This document shows positions 20,244-26,364 of a stretch of 32,000 nt of DNA, piece after piece. The stretch spans positions 270,001 to 302,000 of the forward strand of contig CAZETV010000001.1 in assembly GCA_964514965.1 (NCBI GenBank), given 5' to 3'. The DNA comes from Candidatus Hadarchaeota archaeon (GTDB lineage Archaea; Hadarchaeota; Hadarchaeia; Hadarchaeales; Hadarchaeaceae). The notes beneath the pieces were generated by a model. That model searched no databases. It was not told the origin of the DNA and saw only the letters and a list, made by a program, of their open reading frames with translations. Position numbers and translations under genes: made by a program. How positions within the stretch are numbered: the stretch's first letter is position 1; every line of letters starts with the position of its first letter.

Positions 20244-21293
20244 GTGGATAAGTATGGAAAAAGGCCCATAACAGAAATCCCTGTCATCGAAATAGAAGGC
20301 GTCGGAAAAACGTATGCTGAAAAATTGGCAAATGTTGGAATTTATACCATTGGTGATCTGGTATTTATTGACCCTGAAATTGAATACACTAAATTAGATT
20401 CGGAAATACCTCTTCCAAATTTGAAGAAATGGAAATCAATGGCAACCTTCATGCAGGTCCCGGGGATAAACAATCAATTTGCAGAAGCATTAGTTCGGAG
20501 TGATGTTTTAACCTTAGAGGATTTGTTTAACCCTCCCCCATCAGAAATCGTCAAAAAGATTGAGAATGCGTATAAGAAGAAAATTGTTCCTGAAAAGGTT
20601 GATTTGCTCACAGCAGCGGAATGGCAGAAAGAAGCAATAAAATTAGCATACACATCTAGTATTAACGGTTTGGTGTTCGACTCAAAAACAAAAAATCCGA
20701 TAAAGGGAGCAACAATCTCCTGTTTCGATAAAACAACAAAAACGAATGAACAAGGTGAATTTGTTTTAAATCTTATTCCGTACGGTGAACGATCCATATC
20801 CGTCGAGAAGAAAAATTACTATGATTTTGAAATGAAGATAAGTATTGGGTTAAAGCCATCAAAACTGAAAATTTTCGTTACGAAGTCGCCTGATGGGTTC
20901 TCATCGCCTGTGCATGCATCTGAATACGAATCCCAACATGTCAATGTGTCACCAAATGATACCTTAATTATGAAGCAAAAAGATCTGAGTGAAATACCAG
21001 ACGGTGCTTACCTGCAAATAATGAAATTTTATAAGAGAGAACCAATAGCGAAATTATTCAGTTTGTCCAAATACAAAATCGGGCAAAAGGTCTTTGTCGA
21101 TATAATAAAAGTTGATAAGAACTTGATTCCCAAAGGTGCCGAGGAATGGTCCATTTTAAGAAAAAAGGATGGGAGCTTAACAAAAACTGATCTCACGTTC
21201 AAAGATTATGTTGAGCAACGGTTTGAGAAAGAGACGGGAATGTCGCTTGACACATTCAAACAAATTTTTACCCAAGTTCCAGGAGGATCGTAA
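20244..21293 (+). CDS. Hypothetical protein: two helix-hairpin-helix (DUF4332-like) motifs, a CarboxypepD_reg-like beta-sandwich and an unknown C-terminal domain
   Basis: GTG start with GAGGTGAT (20233-20240) upstream. HhH-like IEGVGKTYAEKLANVGIYTIGDL and VPGINNQFAEALVRSDVLTLEDL. Beta-sandwich-like INGLVFDSKTKNPIKGATISCFDKTTKTNEQGEFVLNLIPYGERSISVEKKNYYDF. I recognise no family for the last ~150 aa. Confidence 0.6.
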   Translation: MDKYGKRPITEIPVIEIEGVGKTYAEKLANVGIYTIGDLVFIDPEIEYTKLDSEIPLPNLKKWKSMATFMQVPGINNQFAEALVRSDVLTLEDLFNPPPSEIVKKIENAYKKKIVPEKVDLLTAAEWQKEAIKLAYTSSINGLVFDSKTKNPIKGATISCFDKTTKTNEQGEFVLNLIPYGERSISVEKKNYYDFEMKISIGLKPSKLKIFVTKSPDGFSSPVHASEYESQHVNVSPNDTLIMKQKDLSEIPDGAYLQIMKFYKREPIAKLFSLSKYKIGQKVFVDIIKVDKNLIPKGAEEWSILRKKDGSLTKTDLTFKDYVEQRFEKETGMSLDTFKQIFTQVPGGS

Positions 21294-21294
21294 A

Positions 21295-21864
21295 ATGTCG
21301 ATAGGATTGAAAGTCATTTACTATTTTGATGGTAAGAATGGATGTGCTCTTTGCCAATCAATGACTGGGTGGTACGATGATCGTCCTTCAAGACCGCACA
21401 AGAATTGCAAATGTCCGATTAATTGTTATGCGGGCTATGGGTGGTACGAAATCCGGGATATAACCGAAAGTTCTAGCTCCTATACTAAGCAATGGGATAA
21501 AGAATATCATTTTAAGAACGACAAAGATTTCCCTATAACAACGCCAGCGGAAAGTTTTGAAGTTAAATTAGAAAAGAGTTGGAGTATAAACGCTGGTTTT
21601 GAAGGATATGCGGGCGTAAGTGGAAGTGGAAGCGAAAGTGACACCCGCACACTGACTATACCGTCCCAAACTCTCCCACCACATTCCGAGCTTAATGTTC
21701 ACGTTGAAATCTACGGAGAAACAATGTACTATAGTGGTACAAAATATTTCGTATTTCATGTTTATACCGGGCCTCAGGCCGGAGAGGACGGAGAAATCGA
21801 AATAGGCCCAGTTTATGGGGGGGTCAAACAAGAAGACGGATCATGTGAAGCGGTATACGAATAA
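21295..21864 (+). CDS. Hypothetical small protein with a phage Mu-F/SPP1-gp7-type Cys/His motif and a beta-rich C-terminal region
   Basis: ATG 21295 is preceded by AGGAGGA (21281-21287) and lies 1 nt after the upstream TAA. The motif is CALCQSMTGWYDDRPSRPHKNCKCP, i.e. CxxC...PHxNCxC. The track ORF start at 21208 overlaps the upstream gene and is unlikely. Confidence 0.65.
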   Translation: MSIGLKVIYYFDGKNGCALCQSMTGWYDDRPSRPHKNCKCPINCYAGYGWYEIRDITESSSSYTKQWDKEYHFKNDKDFPITTPAESFEVKLEKSWSINAGFEGYAGVSGSGSESDTRTLTIPSQTLPPHSELNVHVEIYGETMYYSGTKYFVFHVYTGPQAGEDGEIEIGPVYGGVKQEDGSCEAVYE

Positions 21865-21932
21865 CCTATTTCACGAATTTTGGTCTTTCATTAACTTAAC
21901 CACCATCGAGATTATGGGTGGATGGTCGAAAA

Positions 21933-22805
21933 ATGGGAAAATATCAGTGGTACAGCAACAATCATGAAGTAATGTCCTATTTTGCAGCGCTTTCTATGCC
22001 TCCTTTTTTCCAGAATTTGATTTTCGATCCCGTCATGAGAGGCTATTTTATCTTGGGAGTTGTCGCACCGGATAAACTATTCTGCGATTTTTCAAACCAC
22101 TACTACAATATCACGCCCACCAAAAGCGGGCAACATTACGGTAAAATACACGAAAAAGTAGAAAAAGAGACTATACTTATTAGAAAAATGCTTGATAACA
22201 CTGACCAAGTTATTTTATACCCAAAAGCGAGCAGCTTCTTTCGCGGAATTATCGATAACCCTATGAAGGCCGTTGTTTTTGAATTGGGCGTGATATCTCA
22301 TTATGTAGCTGACGCACACCAACCTTTTCACACAGATGGACAGTTACGTTATCCTGATGTCAAATACGATGAAATACCGATTCACAGAGCCTATGAGGAA
22401 GATGTCAGAAAAAATCTCGGCACGTTATCGTCTTTTTATTTATCATCAGATGTACGTGGGAGGGAACCGTGCAAAATAAACGATACGAAAAAATTCATCC
22501 TTGAAGTTGTCGAAAAACACAACAAATATTACGATGAATTATTTGATGTCTATTATCCCATTAGTAAACACAACGAAAAAACAAGGTTCAAAGATGTTTT
22601 GAGTTTAACTAGGGTTTGTTTCAATAATTCTATTTACGACATCCGGAATGTTTGGAATTTGTTTGGTGATATCGAGGAAAAACTTTCTGAAAGTGCAATA
22701 CTGGAAAAAACGATAAATGACATTGAAAGCAAGATGAACAAGAAGAATAGGTATAAAATCAAAGTATTCAAAAATGGAAATTTCAAAATCATCTCCAAAA
22801 AATGA
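21933..22805 (+). CDS. Zinc-dependent phospholipase C / S1-P1 nuclease superfamily protein
   Basis: From ATG 21933: W6 and H11 (QWYSNNH), D47 (VAPDKLF) and H56 (SNHYY). Then HYVADAHQPFH (H-x3-D-x5-H) and IHRAYEE (H-x3-E). This reproduces the nine-ligand tri-zinc signature of alpha-toxin/P1 nuclease. GTG 21918 is an alternative start. Confidence 0.65.
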   Translation: MGKYQWYSNNHEVMSYFAALSMPPFFQNLIFDPVMRGYFILGVVAPDKLFCDFSNHYYNITPTKSGQHYGKIHEKVEKETILIRKMLDNTDQVILYPKASSFFRGIIDNPMKAVVFELGVISHYVADAHQPFHTDGQLRYPDVKYDEIPIHRAYEEDVRKNLGTLSSFYLSSDVRGREPCKINDTKKFILEVVEKHNKYYDELFDVYYPISKHNEKTRFKDVLSLTRVCFNNSIYDIRNVWNLFGDIEEKLSESAILEKTINDIESKMNKKNRYKIKVFKNGNFKIISKK

Positions 22806-22848
22806 GCAGACACTAAAGTCCAAGATTTAGATATTTTCACCCATAAAA

Positions 22849-22945
22849 TGGCGGGCCCGCGGGGATTTGAACCCCGGTCACAAGCTCCGCAGGCTTGTGT
22901 CCTCTCCGGGTGCTTGGTGCACTATCCAGGCTAGACTACGGGCCC
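22849..22945 (-). tRNA. tRNA-Arg (anticodon GCG) with an ~18-21 nt insertion (non-canonical intron) in the D-loop and an encoded CCA
   Basis: Reverse complement folds as follows. Acceptor GGGCCCG/CGGGCCC. D-stem GTCT/GGAC. Anticodon arm CAAGC-CTGCGGA-GCTTG (U33, GCG, G37). T-arm CGGGG-TTCAAAT-CCCCG. Discriminator G plus CCA. Total 97 nt, and the excess lies between the D-stem halves, containing the hairpin GTGC-ACCAA-GCAC. Confidence 0.8.
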
Positions 22946-22967
22946 GTTTAGACATACGTGGGTGTTC

Positions 22968-22975
22968 AAATAAAA
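22968..22975 (-). promoter_or_regulatory. TATA box of the tRNA-Arg promoter
   Basis: On the minus strand, TTTTATTT ends 22 nt upstream of the tRNA 5' end. This is the expected archaeal TATA position. Confidence 0.55.
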
Positions 22976-23038
22976 CGCACCTAGAAGTGGCAAGCAAAAG
23001 CGTAAAAACTGGTTCGACAAGAATGGATAGGGTTCAAT

Positions 23039-23203
23039 ATGGTGGCTGTATGCACCTCATGCAATCGCGAAATAGCCCAGGGTGATCGGGCAACGCGTTT
23101 TTCATGCCCCAGCTGTGGCTCCGTCGAAATATGGCGCTGCTCGAAGTGTCGGCGCCTCAGCAATCCATACCGCTGCCCGAGCTGTGGCTTCACGGGGCCC
23201 TGA
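23039..23203 (+). CDS. Zn-ribbon protein (COG2888/DUF1610-type, usually found upstream of aEF-1beta); 54 aa, not in the ORF track
   Basis: My own translation is MVAVCTSCNREIAQGDRATRFSCPSCGSVEIWRCSKCRRLSNPYRCPSCGFTGP. It has four CxxC pairs. It ends 9 nt before the EF-1beta ATG, the conserved archaeal gene pair. Confidence 0.8.
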   Translation: MVAVCTSCNREIAQGDRATRFSCPSCGSVEIWRCSKCRRLSNPYRCPSCGFTGP

Positions 23204-23212
23204 GGTGTTTGA

Positions 23213-23470
23213 ATGGCTGAGGTAGCAGTCACTCTTAGGTTGATGCCAGAGAGTCCAGAAGTTAATCTAGACCTTCTTGAAGCCGAGGTAAAAAAGCACG
23301 TTAAAGTTCACTCAATCTCCCGTGAACCGGTCGCCTTTGGGCTTGAAGCGCTCCAGGTTGTCGCGGTCATCCCGGACGCGGCCGGTGGGACTGAGCCGCT
23401 CGAGCAAAAACTCGCGAGCCTGCCCGGTATTGGCAATGTTCAAGTAATCAATTTGACCCGATTGTTGTAA
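23213..23470 (+). CDS. ef1b: Archaeal translation elongation factor 1-beta (aEF-1beta)
   Basis: 85 aa: MAEVAVTLRLMPESPEVNLDLLEAEVKK...VAFGLEALQVVAVIPDAAGGTEPLEQKL. This is the typical aEF-1beta sequence and length. Confidence 0.88.
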   Translation: MAEVAVTLRLMPESPEVNLDLLEAEVKKHVKVHSISREPVAFGLEALQVVAVIPDAAGGTEPLEQKLASLPGIGNVQVINLTRLL

Positions 23471-23528
23471 TTTTCGCGAATATTTGAACAAGCATCGTTA
23501 ACCCTTTAGGCGCCATTGGTCACATTTT

Positions 23529-24425
23529 ATGGACGGTAACATGTTGAAAAATCCGGCCGAGCGGGCAGCTTTAGTTTCAGTTATCACGACCACCGCGGTC
23601 GGCGCTGTCGAACTCTGGGCAGCTTTCCTATTCGGGAGCCTTGCTTTAATCGCCGCGGGCATAGATGCAATCTCTGACACAGCTACTTCAGTAGGTGTCT
23701 TCACTGGACTGCGTATTTCCAGGCGCCCCCCCGATCGAAATCACCCTTATGGACATGCTCAGGCCGAGACCCTCGCCTCAGTTCTGTTGGCGGCAGTTCT
23801 CATCTTAGCTGGCGTGCGAGTGGCATATTTGGCAATAGAAAAAATTCAACTGGGGTTAGCCGTCAATGCAACACCTGAACTTTTCTTGGTCGCGGGTATA
23901 ACCCTCGTGATTTTCGGCGCCCTGGCAAGATACAAAATTCGCACTGGCAGGCGGGTCAAAAGTCTATCACTCGTCGCGGATGGATACCATACTCTTACTG
24001 ACTCCGTTTCCTCAGCAGCAATCATAGCTGGACTGATTGGAGTGAGGTTAGGCTACGCGTGGGCGGACCCCGTGGTTGCACTGATGATATCGGCAATCAT
24101 TCTCCGGTGGGGGGTCGGCATTGGGCGTGATGCGCTAAATATTCTAATGGAAGCGAGTCCAGGCCCAGAACTTTTTGCCAAAATAAATAGGATTACTATT
24201 GGTGTACCAGGGGTGCTAGGGTGCCACAGATGTCGTGCCCGCAGGGTGGGGTCCCGCATATTCGCGGATGTGCACATCTACGTCGACCCAAAGATGAACG
24301 TCGATAAAGCGCACGAAGTAGCAACACGCGTTGAGCGCAATTTAAAAACGCGAATAGCCGACTTAACATCGGTAGTCGTGCACATAGAACCAACTAAGAG
24401 GCGTGCATATGGCAAAAAGCGTTGA
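23529..24425 (+). CDS. Cation diffusion facilitator (CDF) family metal efflux transporter
   Basis: 298 aa with six predicted TM helices. Motifs AAGIDAISD, HPYGHAQAETLAS and DGYHTLTD, plus a C-terminal cytoplasmic domain with CHRCRARRVGSRIFADVHI. Confidence 0.85.
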   Translation: MDGNMLKNPAERAALVSVITTTAVGAVELWAAFLFGSLALIAAGIDAISDTATSVGVFTGLRISRRPPDRNHPYGHAQAETLASVLLAAVLILAGVRVAYLAIEKIQLGLAVNATPELFLVAGITLVIFGALARYKIRTGRRVKSLSLVADGYHTLTDSVSSAAIIAGLIGVRLGYAWADPVVALMISAIILRWGVGIGRDALNILMEASPGPELFAKINRITIGVPGVLGCHRCRARRVGSRIFADVHIYVDPKMNVDKAHEVATRVERNLKTRIADLTSVVVHIEPTKRRAYGKKR

Positions 24426-25611
24426 AGAAGTTCGGGCAGATATCCAATTCCTACGCACGGGTATCACCTATTTGGACAATGCTGCGACAACACCCACACC
24501 CAAACCCGTTCTCGACGCAATGCTCGAGTACTTCTGTGAGTACAGCACAAACATTGGGCGGGGGTTATACAACGCAGCAAAGCGGGCAACCGCGAAATTT
24601 GAAACAACCCGAGAGAAGATAGCTAAGGTAATCAACGCAAATCCCGAAGAAATTGTTTACACGAAGAACACGACTGAGGCAATAAACATCGTTGCTCATG
24701 GTCTGAAGCTGCAAAAAGGGGACAAGATTGTGACAACTGCTCTCGAGCACCACTCAAATCTACTCCCATGGCAGCGCCTCGAACATCAGGGAGTCGAGCT
24801 TGAGCTCGTCCCGGTATCGCGCGAGTGCTTGATCGACCCAGCTGCAGTTGAAGTCGCAATCGATGACAAAACCCGCATTGTGACCACCCATCACGTTTCA
24901 AATGTGGTCGGAAGCATCCAGCCAGTGAAAGAAATCTGCAAGCTTGCTCGAGAAAGTGATATACTTTCCCTAGTCGACGCCGCCCAATCGGTTGGACACA
25001 TGCCTCTCGACGTTCAGAAGTTAGGGTGTGATTTCTTAGTCGCACCTGGGCATAAGGGTCTACTGGGGCCTCAGGGCACTGGCTTCCTATACGCTCGTGA
25101 AGGTCTTCTAGCTGGGTTCGAACCACTCTTGGTTGGAGGGGGCATCGTTAGGCAGGTTGAGGAACACAAATACGATTTAGTCAAACCGCCCCAAATTTTT
25201 GACGCTGGAACTCCCAACATCCCGGGCATCATTGGACTAGGCCGTGCGTGCGAGTACGTGCTTGAAATAGGTATCGAGCAAATTGCCGAACGCGAGCGGA
25301 AGCTGACCAAGCAAATGCTGAAGATCGCGGATATAGAGCACATCGAGGTTTACGGTCCCCATAACATCGAGCAACGGGGAGGCGTCGTGAGTTTCAACAT
25401 CAACGGTTTGGGTCATCACGAAGTTGCATCGATGCTGGACGAGCTCGCTCAGATAGCGGTTCGTTCGGGGCATCTATGCGCTCAGCCGGCCATGCGCCAC
25501 TTGGGCATTAATGGAATTGTGCGGGCATCGTTGCACTATTACAATCTGGAGCAAGAAATCGAACGGTTCATATCTACGCTTGAGCAGATTGCACGCGAGT
25601 TTGGTAGCTAA
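24409..25611 (+). CDS. Cysteine desulfurase / class V aminotransferase (SufS/CsdA-like)
   Basis: YLDNAATTPTPKPVLDAM, the PLP-lysine region APGHKGLLGPQGTGFLY, and the active-site Cys region VRSGHLCAQP. ATG 24409 is preferred over GTG 24403. It overlaps the CDF gene end. Confidence 0.85.
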   Translation: MAKSVEEVRADIQFLRTGITYLDNAATTPTPKPVLDAMLEYFCEYSTNIGRGLYNAAKRATAKFETTREKIAKVINANPEEIVYTKNTTEAINIVAHGLKLQKGDKIVTTALEHHSNLLPWQRLEHQGVELELVPVSRECLIDPAAVEVAIDDKTRIVTTHHVSNVVGSIQPVKEICKLARESDILSLVDAAQSVGHMPLDVQKLGCDFLVAPGHKGLLGPQGTGFLYAREGLLAGFEPLLVGGGIVRQVEEHKYDLVKPPQIFDAGTPNIPGIIGLGRACEYVLEIGIEQIAERERKLTKQMLKIADIEHIEVYGPHNIEQRGGVVSFNINGLGHHEVASMLDELAQIAVRSGHLCAQPAMRHLGINGIVRASLHYYNLEQEIERFISTLEQIAREFGS

Positions 25612-25643
25612 AGTTCCATTTTTTACTTAAATCTTGGGTTCTG

Positions 25644-26096
25644 TCAAAGCTGAATCAAACCTGTTTCCTTCTCCGTCTTGAGTACAATAAGCGTTCGAGT
25701 ACTACTCACCCCTGGAACCTTGTCGATCTCGTGCAAGATTTCGTTCAGCTTAAGAGTGTCGTCAGTAACCAATTTCACGAAAAGGTCATGTTCCCCGACA
25801 ACCTCGTGAATCTCAAGAACCTCGGGGCGCTGACTCAGTTGGGCTATTACCTCTCTACAGGTGCCAGGGGAGGTTGAGATGCCCATGAAAGCTTTGAGCT
25901 TGCCTATCACCTGCGGGTCAACCACTGCCACGAATTTTTGAATCATGCCCGCGTCAATAAGCTTTTTGACGCGCTTGTGGATACCCGAGGAACTAATGCC
26001 CAACCGCTTGGCAAGCTTGGCGTAGGGCGCTTTAGCATCTTCCTGTAATAGGTTGAGCACCTTTCGATCTATTTTGTCGAGTTCCATAATTTTCAC
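25644..26096 (-). CDS. Lrp/AsnC family transcriptional regulator
   Basis: 150 aa. DKIDRKVLNLLQEDAKAPYAKLAKRLGISSSGIHKRVKKL is a winged HTH, followed by a RAM-type effector domain. Confidence 0.88.
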   Translation of the reverse strand: MKIMELDKIDRKVLNLLQEDAKAPYAKLAKRLGISSSGIHKRVKKLIDAGMIQKFVAVVDPQVIGKLKAFMGISTSPGTCREVIAQLSQRPEVLEIHEVVGEHDLFVKLVTDDTLKLNEILHEIDKVPGVSSTRTLIVLKTEKETGLIQL

Positions 26097-26139
26097 TTTT
26101 TCAACTCCGCAGGGTTTCGGTATAGAGTATTTAGTGGAT

Positions 26140-26153
26140 AATATTTAAATATT
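26140..26153. promoter_or_regulatory. Perfect 14-bp AT palindrome AATATTTAAATATT (bidirectional TATA-like element / candidate Lrp operator) in the lrp-hisC divergent region
   Basis: Seen directly. It is flanked by the 10-bp inverted repeat ATAGAGTATT (26122-26131) / AATACTCTAT (26183-26192). Confidence 0.45.
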
Positions 26154-26364
26154 TTGGTATAGTTGGAAATATTTTTTCCTATAATACTCTATTAGTAAAA
26201 GTTATATACGAAAATAAGCCAGTTTAAGCGGGAAATGTATGGGAAAGTTTCTTAAAACAAAAAGAGCGCTTGAGCAACTTGACGTGCGGGGTAAGTCCAC
26301 CTTTAGATGGAACTCCACGTGTAAAAGATATATTATGCGCAAACAGCTCAATGAGGTGTAAAAG

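Noticed and set aside
21208-21294. N-terminal 29-codon extension of cassette gene B given in the ORF track
   Set aside because: It lies entirely within the 3' end of gene A in another frame. The ATG at 21295 has a perfect AGGAGGA SD at optimal spacing.
22867-23085. 72-aa plus-strand ORF in the track
   Set aside because: It overlaps the tRNA-Arg gene on the opposite strand and runs into the real Zn-ribbon gene in another frame. It has no SD and no recognisable protein features.
24632-25126. 164-aa minus-strand ORF antisense to the cysteine desulfurase gene
   Set aside because: This is a shadow ORF. The sense strand encodes the conserved PLP-enzyme motifs, and the antisense product is Arg/Cys/Leu-rich with no features.
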